From Chitinophagaceae bacterium (lineage in GTDB: Bacteria > Bacteroidota > Bacteroidia > Chitinophagales > Chitinophagaceae), in NCBI GenBank assembly GCA_044238505.1, contig JBIIDB010000001.1, forward strand, positions 1 to 46,778: a DNA stretch of 46,778 nt. Reading direction: 5' to 3'. Of this stretch, positions 17,067-27,341 are shown piece by piece (the stretch's first letter is position 1; every line of letters starts with the position of its first letter). The notes below the pieces were generated by a model, which searched no databases, was not told the DNA's origin, and saw only the letters and a program-made list of their open reading frames with translations. Both the position numbers and the translations under genes were made by a program.

Positions 17067-18632
17067 TTAGCGGGCTACGTTTACGGCTCTTTTTTCTCGT
17101 ATCACGGTCACCTTGATCTGACCGGGAAAGGTCATTTCGGTCTGGATCTTTTGTGCGATCTCGAAGGAGAGTCGGTCCGAATCCTGATCGCTCACTTTTT
17201 CGGCCTCCACAATAACGCGCAGTTCACGGCCCGCCTGAATGGCATAGGCTTTTTCGACACCCGTATAGCCCATGGCCAGGTTTTCGAGGTCCTTGATCCG
17301 TTGCAGGTATTGCTGCATGATCTCTCGACGAGCACCGGGGCGTGCGCCACTGATGGCATCGCAGGCCTGTATGATGGGTGAGATCACGAATTGCATTTCT
17401 ACTTCGTCGTGGTGAGCGGCAATGGCATTGACCACGGCCGGATTTTCTCCATATTTCTCGGCTAGTTTGGCGCCGAGCAGGGCATGGCTCAATTCACTTT
17501 CCTCGTCGGGTACCTTGCCGATATCGTGCAAAAGGCCCGCGCGCTTCGCTAGCTTGGGGTTGAGTCCGAGCTCGGCTGCCATGGTTGCACAAAGGTTGGC
17601 CGTCTCGCGGCTGTGCATCAACAGGTTTTGTCCGTACGAAGAACGGAAACGCATTCTTCCGACCATCCGCACCAGTTCTTTGTGCAGGCCGTGTATGCCC
17701 AGTTCGATTACTGTTCGCTCTCCGATCTCCATGACCTGCTCTTCGATCTGTTTGCGCGTCTTTTCCACCACCTCTTCGATACGGGCCGGATGGATACGGC
17801 CATCGCTGACCAGTCGTTGCAGACTGAGGCGTGCGATCTCTCGTCGCAGGGGATCAAAGCTCGATAGCAAAATGGCTTCGGGGGTATCATCTACGATCAG
17901 GTCCACTCCTGTAGCTGCCTCTATGGCACGGATGTTGCGACCTTCTCGGCCAATGATCTGTCCTTTGATCTCGTCACTTTCGAGATTAAATACGGTGATG
18001 GAGTTCTCGATGGCTTGCTCTGCAGCTGTGCGTTGGATGGTCTGGATGACGATCTTGCGAGCTTCTTTTCCGGCCTTTTGCTTAGCCTCTTCGATGATCT
18101 CCTGTTGCAGGGCCAGCGCGCGGGTCTGTACCTCGTTTTTGAGACTTTCCAACAGTTGATTACGGGCATCTTCTGCAGAAAGATTGGCGATTTTCTCTAA
18201 ACGTCGAACATGCTCTTCTTGATGTTTTTCGAATTCACCTCGTTTGATATTGACCAGCTCGATCTGACGATTCAGATTTTCTTTGATGGCCTCGTTCTCT
18301 TTGAGCTGCTTGTCGAGGTTGTTTTCTTTTTGGTTGACCGATTGCTCTTTTTGACGGATCCGGTTTTCGGCGTCATTGATTTTTTTGTTGCGCTCGAGAG
18401 TGTCTCGCTCGTGCGCAGCTTTGAGTTGAACGAACTTTTCTTTAGCCTCGAGCTCTTTCTCTTTACGGACGGTCTCGGCTCTTAGTTCAGCTTCTTTGAG
18501 TATGGTCTGTGCCTGAATTTCTGCTTCTTGAACTTTTTTGTCACTGGCTTTGCCATAAATGACACGGCCGGCCAGGAGGCCAATTGCTCCGGCGAATACG
18601 CCTATAAGGGCGTACAGTATATTGGGGTCCAT
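17067..18632 (-). CDS. rny: Ribonuclease Y
   Basis: N-terminal TM, coiled coil, KH domain ([13 protein letters not shown]), HD domain (LLHDIGK), [10 protein letters not shown]. Confidence 0.98.
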   Translation of the reverse strand: MDPNILYALIGVFAGAIGLLAGRVIYGKASDKKVQEAEIQAQTILKEAELRAETVRKEKELEAKEKFVQLKAAHERDTLERNKKINDAENRIRQKEQSVNQKENNLDKQLKENEAIKENLNRQIELVNIKRGEFEKHQEEHVRRLEKIANLSAEDARNQLLESLKNEVQTRALALQQEIIEEAKQKAGKEARKIVIQTIQRTAAEQAIENSITVFNLESDEIKGQIIGREGRNIRAIEAATGVDLIVDDTPEAILLSSFDPLRREIARLSLQRLVSDGRIHPARIEEVVEKTRKQIEEQVMEIGERTVIELGIHGLHKELVRMVGRMRFRSSYGQNLLMHSRETANLCATMAAELGLNPKLAKRAGLLHDIGKVPDEESELSHALLGAKLAEKYGENPAVVNAIAAHHDEVEMQFVISPIIQACDAISGARPGARREIMQQYLQRIKDLENLAMGYTGVEKAYAIQAGRELRVIVEAEKVSDQDSDRLSFEIAQKIQTEMTFPGQIKVTVIREKRAVNVAR

Positions 18633-18743
18633 TGATGTTTGGGTTTAGGAGGTTCACAAAACTTGTTTTAAAGACCCTTTGCAAGCGTGGGGGTCTGGTA
18701 ACAATAGTCAAGTAAAGGTACGAAAAAAATGAGTTGGGCCCCC

Positions 18744-19064
18744 TTAGCGCTTGTTAATTTCAGCATCGAGCAGCTGTTCAAGCAGTGCTAACTCTTGGAT
18801 AAGTGCATCGTTTTGGGCAGCGTCCGCAGCAGCAGGGGCGGCAGGAGTGTCGACAGGCGCCTGGGGCTGGGTGGCATACCAAAGTAAGGTCATAGACAGG
18901 TAATCCTGCATATCCTTTCCGGAAAAGGTAGTCTTAAATTCAAGCAGTTTTTGATTGATCTGTTCAAGGGTGCGCAGCACCAGTTCTTTGTTCTTGGGCT
19001 CCACCTTAATCCGGTAGGTCCGGTCGCCCACCTGGGCTGCTATAGGAATCAGTTCTTCGTTCAT
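18744..19064 (-). CDS. zapA: Cell division protein ZapA
   Basis: VGDRTYRIKV and KDMQDYLSM; pheT-X-zapA-rny synteny. Confidence 0.85.
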   Translation of the reverse strand: MNEELIPIAAQVGDRTYRIKVEPKNKELVLRTLEQINQKLLEFKTTFSGKDMQDYLSMTLLWYATQPQAPVDTPAAPAAADAAQNDALIQELALLEQLLDAEINKR

Positions 19065-19069
19065 GTGGC

Positions 19070-19354
19070 TTAATTGCCCAACTGGCTGATACAGCGGTCA
19101 ATTTCTTTTATGTAATGATTGATCTTTTTTTCGATAGCGCTTTTCTCTTCTTGACTCAACCCCGTGGTTCTGACTTTGGCTGCAGAAAGTTGGTCTGTTA
19201 GTCCCTGGTTTTGTGAGCGCTGCTCGCTCAGCGTTCCTTTTAACAGCTCAATTTCGTCTGTCAGGCGCCGTTTTTCGCGCTGCAGGGTCTGATGCTGCGC
19301 GATCAGCTGCTTTAGTTTTTCCCTGATTCGTTGAAAGTCTGCTGCGTTACTCAT
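19070..19354 (-). CDS. ZapB-like coiled-coil protein
   Basis: Heptad pattern, KEIDRCISQL tail; ATGA overlap with the pheT stop. Confidence 0.75.
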   Translation of the reverse strand: MSNAADFQRIREKLKQLIAQHQTLQREKRRLTDEIELLKGTLSEQRSQNQGLTDQLSAAKVRTTGLSQEEKSAIEKKINHYIKEIDRCISQLGN

Positions 19355-21777
19355 TTTCTTACGGTGGCCTCGAGTTCTTTTTCTAGGGTCTTGATGATGT
19401 TGTTCATCCAGCCTTCGATCTCCTTATCCGTGAGTGTTTTTTCAGGATCAGCGAAGGTTAGGTTGATGGCGATCGATTTTTTACCGACACCAAGCTTATC
19501 ACTTTCGAATATATCAAAGACTTTGATATCCCGCAGGGTTTTGATCCGGATCTTTTGCAGACACTCCCGGATCGATTGCCAGGGGAGAGTCGCGGCGACT
19601 ACCAGGGCCAGGTCTCTTTCTACCAAGGGGAACCGGGGTAGTTCCTGCACCTTGATCGGCTGTGCGGCCGCCAGGGTCGCCATTGTTTTCCAATTGAGTT
19701 CGGCGTAATATACCGGTTGTTTGATACCGAAGGGACGGGCCGTTTGGGGTGCCACTAGTCCCCCCACACCCAATACGTGCTCTTGCCATTGCCATTGAAG
19801 GGTTTGCTGCAAATGCAGATCGGTGCCCGGCACAGCCGAAACCGGCAGGCCCGCTGCTGCAAAGACCAGCTCTACAACTCCCTTTAGCGTATAGAGGTCT
19901 ACCACGCCACTGGGCTCCTGCCAATAAGTGGCCCGTTTTTGTCCGCTAAGCACCAGGCATAGGCGGGGCTCCTCCCGGAAATGCCCTGCAGCTGCCTTGG
20001 CATAAATGGTTCCAAATTCAAAAAGTCGAAGATCTAGGTTGCGGTGATTGAGGTTGTGGTTCACTACTTCGAGGGCAGTGGGCAGTAATGTAGCCCGAAG
20101 GGCATTGAGTTCAACGCTCAGGCTGTTGATCATGGTGACCAGCGCATCGCCCTGTTCGGGAAAGTAGGCGCTATTGGTGATCGAATTAGTCATGATCTCG
20201 TGATAACCCAGTCCGGCCAGCCGGTCAGCGATCTTTTCTCGCAAGGTCTCTTTATGTAAATAGGCGGGTTGCTCCACGGCCGGAGAGATGGTGATGGTGG
20301 CGGGGATTGAAATATTGTCCAGTCCATCGATACGCAAGATCTCTTCTACCAGATCGGCAGGCAGGGTAATATCGGGTTTATGGTGAGGAACCGTAACGAT
20401 TATTCCATTGGCATCGGCCGTTTGTATAGTGAATCCTAAGCTCTGTAAAATGCTGGTGGCAGCGGCGGGCGCATAGTCTTTGCCACTGATCTTTTTTAAG
20501 TAAGCCCAGCTGAGTGAAACAGTGGTGGGGGCAGGCGGTGCAGGATAGCCATCTACCGGCGCAGTACGAACGGTGCCCCCGGCTATTTCACGGATCAGGT
20601 AGGCGGCCCGTTGTAAAACCGGTAGTGTGGCACTTATGTCGGTCCCTTTTTCGAAACGCGTAGCCGCATCGGTACGCAGTTGGTGGCCAAATGATGTTTT
20701 TCGAATGGTGACGGGATCGAAAAAAGCACTCTCTAAAAAAAGGTGAGTAGTGGTATCGCTAATGCCGCTCTCCAACCCGCCATATACCCCGGCGATGCAC
20801 ATGGGCTCCCGGCTGTTGCAGATCATCAGGTCGTCGGCACTCAGGGTTCGGGTTACTCCGTCGAGGGTCACAAAAGATGTTCGGTCGGGCACGTTGCGCA
20901 CCACGATATGATCTCCTGCTATGGCTGCGCGGTCGAATGCGTGCAGGGGTTGCCCGGTTTCGTGCAGTACATAGTTGGTGATATCGACGATGTTGTTGAT
21001 GGGTTTGACCCCAATGGCCTTAAGTCGTTGTTGCATCCACCGTGGAGAGGGGCCTGATTGGATATCGTCAATGCAGAGTCCGCTGTAGCGGGGGCAGGCA
21101 TTGCGATTCTCAATGGTGACTTGTACGGGACTGGCAGGCAACGAGGCGGCGAAGGTTACCGTAGCGGGCCAACGGGGCTGCCAGTTTTTTTGGTGATGAT
21201 GGTTCATGTAAGCGCATACATCGCGTGCTATGCCCCAGTGACTCATCGCATCCATACGATTGGGCGTAAGTCCGATTTCGATGATGGTATCCTGGTAAGG
21301 CGTAAAGAAATCGGCAGCGCTCATGCCGACACGGGCAGTGGGCGGCAATACCAGAATGCCTGCGTGTGAATCGCCCAGACCGATCTCGTCTTCTGCGCAG
21401 ATCATTCCCTGACTCTCCTCTCCTCTGATCCGGGCATTTTTCATGGTCAGCGGAGCGGCATTAGCCGGATAGATGGTGGCGCCAACCGGTGCTACCACTA
21501 CTTTCTGGCCTACGGCTACATTGGGAGCGCCGCATACAATCGATAGTAGATCGGCTGTGCCGATATTCACTTTTGTAAGCGTGAGTTTATCGGCATTGGG
21601 ATGTTTTTCGGTGCTCATTACCTCACCGATCAATAAGCCTTTTAATCCCCCTTTTACTTCTTCATAGGCAGCTACCCGCTCAACTTCGAGCCCGACAGAG
21701 GTGAGGATCTCACTGAGCTGCTCTACCGGCAGCGGAGCGGGTAAATAATCTAATAGCCATTGGTAAGAAATGGTCAT
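19351..21777 (-). CDS. pheT: Phenylalanine-tRNA ligase beta subunit
   Basis: HPNADKL, IVCGAPN, LTPNRMD, GQPLHAFD, DLVEEILRIDG, FDX-ACB tail; TATCTTCG box at 21803-21810. Confidence 0.98.
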   Translation of the reverse strand: MTISYQWLLDYLPAPLPVEQLSEILTSVGLEVERVAAYEEVKGGLKGLLIGEVMSTEKHPNADKLTLTKVNIGTADLLSIVCGAPNVAVGQKVVVAPVGATIYPANAAPLTMKNARIRGEESQGMICAEDEIGLGDSHAGILVLPPTARVGMSAADFFTPYQDTIIEIGLTPNRMDAMSHWGIARDVCAYMNHHHQKNWQPRWPATVTFAASLPASPVQVTIENRNACPRYSGLCIDDIQSGPSPRWMQQRLKAIGVKPINNIVDITNYVLHETGQPLHAFDRAAIAGDHIVVRNVPDRTSFVTLDGVTRTLSADDLMICNSREPMCIAGVYGGLESGISDTTTHLFLESAFFDPVTIRKTSFGHQLRTDAATRFEKGTDISATLPVLQRAAYLIREIAGGTVRTAPVDGYPAPPAPTTVSLSWAYLKKISGKDYAPAAATSILQSLGFTIQTADANGIIVTVPHHKPDITLPADLVEEILRIDGLDNISIPATITISPAVEQPAYLHKETLREKIADRLAGLGYHEIMTNSITNSAYFPEQGDALVTMINSLSVELNALRATLLPTALEVVNHNLNHRNLDLRLFEFGTIYAKAAAGHFREEPRLCLVLSGQKRATYWQEPSGVVDLYTLKGVVELVFAAAGLPVSAVPGTDLHLQQTLQWQWQEHVLGVGGLVAPQTARPFGIKQPVYYAELNWKTMATLAAAQPIKVQELPRFPLVERDLALVVAATLPWQSIRECLQKIRIKTLRDIKVFDIFESDKLGVGKKSIAINLTFADPEKTLTDKEIEGWMNNIIKTLEKELEATVRK

Positions 21778-21833
21778 GTTCTCTCTGCTAATTTACTGTT
21801 TGCGAAGATAAAGGAAAGGCGGTAGCCGCAAGG

Positions 21834-22913
21834 CTACATTCGGTAACAAACTGCATTGATGTTCATGCCCGCTCCAACCGATGCAAAGAGCACGATGTCG
21901 CCGGCTTGCAAGTCGTGTACATCCCAATGCCCTTTTTTGACCATATCGAAAAGGGTGGGGATGGTCGCTACCGAACTGTTGCCCAGCTTGTGGATATTCA
22001 TAGGCATTACATGCTCGGGCAACTCTTTTTTTCCGTACAGTTTATAAAGACGCTTGATGATGCCCTCGTCCATTTTTTCGTTCGCTTGATGCAGAAATAC
22101 TTTTTTGACCGATTCAATGGGAACGCCCGCTTTGTCGAGACAATCTTTCATGGCCGCGGGCACCTGTTGCATCGCATATTCATACACCTTACGCCCTTTC
22201 ATTTTAATATACCGCACTTTGGGGTCGGCCCCGGGTCGGTTGCTTTTTCCAAACGAAATATAGTAAGCCTCTTCGGTGCAGTGACTTTGCACGCTGCAGG
22301 CCATAATACCGGGGCCATTCGGATGGCCGGGTCGTCCTTCCAGTACGGCCGCACCGGCTCCATCCGAAAAGATCATGCTGTCCCGGTCGTAGGCATCAAT
22401 TACCCGACTGAGTGTTTCGGTTCCGATCACCAGCGTTCTGGTGGCTACCCCCGCTTTGATAAAAGCATCCGATTGAATAACGCCTTGCAACCAGCCAGGA
22501 CATCCGAACAAGATGTCATAGGCTACGCAATTGGGGTTGCGGATGGCCAGCGCATGCTTAACTCGGCTGGCCAGCGACGGCACTGCATCACTTTGCACCG
22601 TGTGCGTGATGACATTGCCGAAATTGTGTGCGACAATAAGTTGATCGAGTGTTTCCGGATCGATCCCGCTATCGGCGATGGCGCTTCGGGCGGCCTCGAT
22701 AGCCATGTCAGAAGAGGTCATCTGTTCGCCGGCATATCTTCTCTCTTCAATTCCGGTAATGTTCTGGAATTTCTCCACGATCTCTTGTCCCGGCGCCTCA
22801 ATGGGGCTGCCTTCCTCACTATAAAATGGCTGCTGCACAAAATCGTCGTTGGCTTTTACAACGGGAGGAATAAAACACCCTGTTCCGGTAATGACTGTCT
22901 GTAGCGGCATCAT
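21834..22913 (-). CDS. fabH: 3-oxoacyl-ACP synthase III
   Basis: TGIEERR, FGCPG (Cys), HQAN (His), GNSS (Asn), GAGM. Confidence 0.93.
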   Translation of the reverse strand: MMPLQTVITGTGCFIPPVVKANDDFVQQPFYSEEGSPIEAPGQEIVEKFQNITGIEERRYAGEQMTSSDMAIEAARSAIADSGIDPETLDQLIVAHNFGNVITHTVQSDAVPSLASRVKHALAIRNPNCVAYDILFGCPGWLQGVIQSDAFIKAGVATRTLVIGTETLSRVIDAYDRDSMIFSDGAGAAVLEGRPGHPNGPGIMACSVQSHCTEEAYYISFGKSNRPGADPKVRYIKMKGRKVYEYAMQQVPAAMKDCLDKAGVPIESVKKVFLHQANEKMDEGIIKRLYKLYGKKELPEHVMPMNIHKLGNSSVATIPTLFDMVKKGHWDVHDLQAGDIVLFASVGAGMNINAVCYRM

Positions 22914-22956
22914 CAGTATAGGTTAAAAGGCTCTGTTGTAAATATAACCCCAAAAG

Positions 22957-22976
22957 TCAATAACATTCGTTAGTGA
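22957..22976. promoter_or_regulatory. Imperfect palindrome between divergent fabH and fabI (candidate operator)
   Basis: TCAATAAC-ATTC-GTTAGTGA, 7 of 8 arm positions complementary. Confidence 0.35.
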
Positions 22977-23025
22977 GCAGCCGTAAAAAATAAGTGCTTA
23001 TTTTTACCCGCGAAAATCAACCACT

Positions 23026-23844
23026 ATGGCTCATCTGTTGCTCAAAGGAAAAAAGGGAATCATCTTCGGTGCGCTCGACGAGCGTTCCATTGCCTGGAAA
23101 ACAGCCCTTCGTTGTTATGAAGAGGGCGCTCAGCTGGTGCTGACCAATGCACCGGTGGCGCTGCGTATGGGAGAGATCAATAAGTTATCGGCTCTTTGCG
23201 GCAATGCGCCCGTCATCGGAGCCGATGTGACCAATATGGAAGATCTGAAGAATCTTTTCGAAAAAGCAATGGAACACCTGGGCGGAAAGATCGACTTTGT
23301 GTTGCACTCTATCGGAATGAGTTTGAATGTTCGCAAAGGCAAACATTATACTGAGATGAATTACGAGTGGAACGGCAAGACCCTCGATATCTCGGCCATG
23401 AGCCTGCACCGCGTTTTGCGTACAGCTTGGGACTTGGATGCTATCAGCGAATGGGGCAGCGTGGTGGCTTTAAGTTATATCGCGGCCCAGCGCGTGTTTC
23501 CGGATTACAACGAGATGGCCGATGCCAAGGCCCTGTTAGAGAGTGTCACCCGCAGTTTCGGTTATCATTACGGGGTTAAACGAAAAGTGCGCGTCAATAC
23601 TATTTCTCAATCACCTACACCGACCACGGCGGGCAGTGGCGTTAAAGGGTTTGACGGATTTTTAAATTACGCCGAGGCGATGAGTCCATTAGGCAATGCC
23701 GGAGCCACTGATTGCGCCAATTATTGTGTAACGCTGTTTAGCGATATGACCCGTTATGTGACTATGCAGAATCTGTTTCACGACGGCGGATTCAGCTTTA
23801 CCGGTGTTACGCAACACGTCATCGACAAGATGGGAACACCCTGA
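23026..23844 (+). CDS. fabI: Enoyl-ACP reductase
   Basis: LKGKKGIIFG..SIAW, HSIG, YNEMADAK, RVNTIS, HDGG. Confidence 0.93.
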   Translation: MAHLLLKGKKGIIFGALDERSIAWKTALRCYEEGAQLVLTNAPVALRMGEINKLSALCGNAPVIGADVTNMEDLKNLFEKAMEHLGGKIDFVLHSIGMSLNVRKGKHYTEMNYEWNGKTLDISAMSLHRVLRTAWDLDAISEWGSVVALSYIAAQRVFPDYNEMADAKALLESVTRSFGYHYGVKRKVRVNTISQSPTPTTAGSGVKGFDGFLNYAEAMSPLGNAGATDCANYCVTLFSDMTRYVTMQNLFHDGGFSFTGVTQHVIDKMGTP

Positions 23845-23856
23845 CCGTAGCGGTGT

Positions 23857-24078
23857 TCAGTATTCGTCTTCGTTGAACAAGAAATCGTCTTGGGTAGGAT
23901 AATCGGGCCAAATGTCTTCGATCGTCTCGTAGACATCTCCTTCGTCTTCGAGTTCCTGCAAATTCTCGACCACTTCGATGGGTGCTCCCGAGCGAATGGA
24001 GTAATCGATAAGTTCATCTTTGGTGGCAGGCCAAGGTGCGTCTTCGAGGTAAGAGGCCAGTTCTAAGGTCCAGAACAT
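23857..24078 (-). CDS. DUF2795 family protein (73 aa; start moved to ATG 24078)
   Basis: MFWTLELASYLEDAPWPATKDELIDY...NEDEY; the TACATTTG box at 24118-24125 lies inside the longer ORF-track extension. Confidence 0.9.
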   Translation of the reverse strand: MFWTLELASYLEDAPWPATKDELIDYSIRSGAPIEVVENLQELEDEGDVYETIEDIWPDYPTQDDFLFNEDEY

Positions 24079-24215
24079 ACGGATACGTTTAGTAGGTAAT
24101 CGAGGTCTATTTTTGGGCAAATGTAAAGGGATTGACGAATTTTCCAAATAACCTTGGTTCTTTCTGTTCCGGGGCTTGATTTTTTTTATAGTTTCGATTC
24201 ACATTCAGAATTGTC

Positions 24216-24866
24216 TTGTTAAGCGCCATTGCCATCTACAAACGTTACGGAGACCTTGATATTCTCAGGGGGCTCAGCCTTACGTTGCAAAAAAGCCAGG
24301 TGGCGGCGATTGTAGGCCCTTCCGGTTGCGGAAAAAGCACCCTACTTCATGTGCTGGGCACCCTCGATCGTCCCGACCAGGGACAGGTCTTGGTCAACGG
24401 CACCGATGTGCTGCAGCTGAGCCCCAAAAAGCTTGCTGCATTTAGAAATAAGCATATAGGATTTGTCTTTCAATTCCACCACCTGCTGCCAGAGTTCAGT
24501 GCGCTCGAAAATGTGGCGATCCCGGGCTGGTTGGCCGGCCGCTCCAAAGCCGTTGTTCGTCAAGAAGCGACCCGGTTACTCGATAAACTCGGCCTCTCCC
24601 ACCGACTCGATCATAAGCCTGCACAACTTTCAGGAGGCGAACAACAACGCGTAGCCGTAGCCCGTGCACTTATCAACCAGCCTGCGGTTGTATTGGCCGA
24701 TGAGCCCAGTGGTAACCTCGACTCCGTCAATGCGAGGGAGTTGCATCAATTATTTTTTAGGTTACGCGATGAAACAGGGCAGACGTTCCTGCTGGTTACG
24801 CATAATGAAGAATTGGCCCGTCAATGTGATCGGGTGTGGACCATGCGCGACGGTATGCTTTCTTAA
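24216..24866 (+). CDS. lolD: LolD-like ABC ATP-binding protein (TTG start)
   Basis: [46 protein letters not shown]. Confidence 0.85.
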   Translation: MLSAIAIYKRYGDLDILRGLSLTLQKSQVAAIVGPSGCGKSTLLHVLGTLDRPDQGQVLVNGTDVLQLSPKKLAAFRNKHIGFVFQFHHLLPEFSALENVAIPGWLAGRSKAVVRQEATRLLDKLGLSHRLDHKPAQLSGGEQQRVAVARALINQPAVVLADEPSGNLDSVNARELHQLFFRLRDETGQTFLLVTHNEELARQCDRVWTMRDGMLS

Positions 24867-25430
24867 TTAGCTGAGGCGGGGTCTCCAGCAATTATCCTTT
24901 ACCCCCAGTTGTTGCCCGGTGTAGCGGGCCAGTACGAAAATATAATCACTCAGGCGATTGAGATACTTTACGACTCGTTCATTAACGGAGAGCCCCTCGT
25001 ATTGCATGCGCACGCAACAACGCTCGGCTCTTCTGCAAATGCAGCGAAGTACATGAAGATGCGATACCGCTGCGGCCCCCCCGGGTAAGATAAAATATTT
25101 CATTTCGGGCAGCAGGTCGGTCATACGGTCGATCTCTTTTTCAAGCAGGCGTATATCTTCTTCCACCAGGTCGGGCAGGGCCATGCCGGGTTCTTTTTCG
25201 GCATCACAGGCTAGCGAGGAACCGATGGTAAAAAGCCGGTCCTGGATCTCCGCCAATAGTTGCACCGAAGTGGTATCAGTGAGCAGGTCGCGACACAGTC
25301 CGACGTACGAATTGAGTTCATCGACGGTGCCATAGGCTTCGATGCGAAAATGTGATTTGGGTACTTTGGTGCCACCGATCAGTGAGGTGGTGCCGTCATC
25401 TCCGGTCTTTGTATAAATCTTCAGGGCCAT
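24867..25430 (-). CDS. pduO: PduO-type cob(I)alamin adenosyltransferase
   Basis: KIYTKTGDDGTT, YGTVDELNS, FILPGG, RRAER, YLNRLSD. Confidence 0.93.
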   Translation of the reverse strand: MALKIYTKTGDDGTTSLIGGTKVPKSHFRIEAYGTVDELNSYVGLCRDLLTDTTSVQLLAEIQDRLFTIGSSLACDAEKEPGMALPDLVEEDIRLLEKEIDRMTDLLPEMKYFILPGGAAAVSHLHVLRCICRRAERCCVRMQYEGLSVNERVVKYLNRLSDYIFVLARYTGQQLGVKDNCWRPRLS

Positions 25431-25517
25431 GCCAGTTAGTTAAATGCGAATTAGGATTGCAAAATAACGTAACAATGCCTGCCCGCGAAGGTTCGGCCAG
25501 CTCTAAAAATTTCTTGT

Positions 25518-26222
25518 TTAACCTTTGGCGAATTTCGGGTTGAGTTGGTCGGTCTCGATGACCCCGTCTCGCAGCCGGACAATCCGGCGGGAGTGATTGG
25601 CGATATCCTCTTCGTGGGTAACGATAACGATGGTATTGCCGTTTTTGTAAATAGCCTCAAAAATATCCATGATCTCTTGAGAGGTCTTGGAGTCGAGATT
25701 TCCGGTAGGTTCGTCTGCCAGGATAATAGCGGGATCATTGACCAATGCCCGGGCAATGGCTACGCGCTGGCACTGCCCGCCCGACAATTCATTGGGGCGG
25801 TGATGACTGCGATCGGTAAGCTGCACCATCTCGAGCATACGCATGGCTTTTTCGATCCGTTCTTTCTTGCTCATGCCGGCATAGACCAGTGGCAAGGCCA
25901 CGTTCTCTGCCGCAGTCAGTCGGGGCAATAGATTGAATTGCTGAAAGACAAATCCGATCTCTTTGTTTCGTACCTCGGCCAGCGAGTCATCGGCCATTTG
26001 GCTCACATCGTTAGTGTTCAGCACATAGCGTCCCTCTGTTGGCGTATCGAGACAGCCGATGATGTTCATGAGGGTACTTTTTCCGGATCCGGAGGGCCCC
26101 ATCAGCGCTACATACTCATTCTTGAAGATATCGAGTGAAAGTCCTTTCAGCACCGGCAACTCCTGTTTGCCCATGAAATAACTTTTTTTGATCTGCTCCA
26201 GGTGAATGATGCCTTCTGCCAT
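25518..26222 (-). CDS. MacB/LolD-family ABC ATP-binding protein (start moved to ATG 26222)
   Basis: [25 protein letters not shown]; TATCTTTG box at 26245-26252. Confidence 0.9.
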   Translation of the reverse strand: MAEGIIHLEQIKKSYFMGKQELPVLKGLSLDIFKNEYVALMGPSGSGKSTLMNIIGCLDTPTEGRYVLNTNDVSQMADDSLAEVRNKEIGFVFQQFNLLPRLTAAENVALPLVYAGMSKKERIEKAMRMLEMVQLTDRSHHRPNELSGGQCQRVAIARALVNDPAIILADEPTGNLDSKTSQEIMDIFEAIYKNGNTIVIVTHEEDIANHSRRIVRLRDGVIETDQLNPKFAKG

Positions 26223-26281
26223 AGCTTGTTTTTGACTCAGATGGCAAAGATAACCCATCCCTTTTAGCTATCTTCGCCCCA

Positions 26282-27286
26282 ATGGACAAGAAGAAGCAAA
26301 TTGTGATGAGCGGTATCCGTCCCACCGGGTTCTTACACCTGGGTAACTACTTTGGGGCGGTGCGCAATTATGTGCGCCTGCAACAGGAGTATACCTGCTT
26401 TTTTATGGTGGCAGATCTGCACTCGCTGACCACCCATCCCGATACAGCCTTGTTGAAAGAACAGGTATTTCGGGTGTTGGCAGAAAATTTGGCCTGTGGG
26501 CTCGATCCTGAGCAAGCGGTGCTCTATTGCCAGAGCCATGTGCCCGAAACGGCCGAACTGTATTTGCTGCTCAACATGCTGGCCTATGTGGGCGAGCTGG
26601 AAAAAACCGTTACGTTCAAAGACAAGGTGCGTCAGCATCCCGATAATGTCAACGCAGGACTGCTCACGTACCCGGTGTTACAAACCGCAGACATCATCTT
26701 ACACAGAGCTGCCCTGGTACCGGTGGGTAAAGACCAAGAACAGCACCTCGAGATGGCCCGCAATTTCGTCAAGCGCTTTAACCATCGTTATGGAGAAGTG
26801 TTCCCCGAGCCGCAGGCGTTTAATTTTGGCGAGGAGTTGATGAAAGTGCCCTCGCTGGACGGTACCGGTAAGATGAGCAAGAGTGAGAACCAGTATGCCA
26901 CCCTGTACCTGGCCGACAGCGACGAACTGATTCAAAAAAAGATCATGCGGGCCAAAACCGACAGCGGTCCCACCAGTCCGGCGGCACCCAAGCCCGATTA
27001 CATCGTCAACCTGTTTCAGTTGATGAAATTGGTCAGTACGCCCGAAACAGTGACCCAGTTCGAGCTGGCCTACGACAATTGCAATATTCGGTATGGTGAT
27101 ATGAAATCGCAATTAGCAGCCGATATGATCCGATTTATTGCGCCTATTCGCGAAAAAGCGCTCTCGATTCAGCAAGACAGCGCTTACCTGCAACAAGTAA
27201 TGCGTAACGGGGCCCAAAAAGCCCGCGAGAGTGCTTCGCAGACCCTGCAATTGGTCAAAGAAGCCATGGGGCTTATGTATTATTGA
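26282..27286 (+). CDS. trpS: Tryptophan-tRNA ligase
   Basis: SGIRPTG.LHLGNY, YPVLQTADI, VPVGKDQEQH, KMSKS. Confidence 0.98.
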   Translation: MDKKKQIVMSGIRPTGFLHLGNYFGAVRNYVRLQQEYTCFFMVADLHSLTTHPDTALLKEQVFRVLAENLACGLDPEQAVLYCQSHVPETAELYLLLNMLAYVGELEKTVTFKDKVRQHPDNVNAGLLTYPVLQTADIILHRAALVPVGKDQEQHLEMARNFVKRFNHRYGEVFPEPQAFNFGEELMKVPSLDGTGKMSKSENQYATLYLADSDELIQKKIMRAKTDSGPTSPAAPKPDYIVNLFQLMKLVSTPETVTQFELAYDNCNIRYGDMKSQLAADMIRFIAPIREKALSIQQDSAYLQQVMRNGAQKARESASQTLQLVKEAMGLMYY

Positions 27287-27341
27287 TTTTCCCTAATTTT
27301 AACTCCCTTCAAAAAATAAAGCCAACTCGTTGGCATCCCGC

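Noticed and set aside
18633-18743. 6S RNA at the zapA-rny position
   Set aside because: Only 111 nt, with an internal promoter box and no long rod with a central bubble visible; needs cmsearch
21906-22904. 332-aa ORF antisense to fabH (likewise 2622..3341, 17422..18159, 35287..35889)
   Set aside because: Fully within conserved genes on the opposite strand, with no motifs; typical shadow ORFs
25431-25517. Cobalamin riboswitch before pduO; purine or preQ1 riboswitches or T-boxes before guaA, purA, tgt, trpS, pheT
   Set aside because: Leaders are too short or absent, and no motifs were seen
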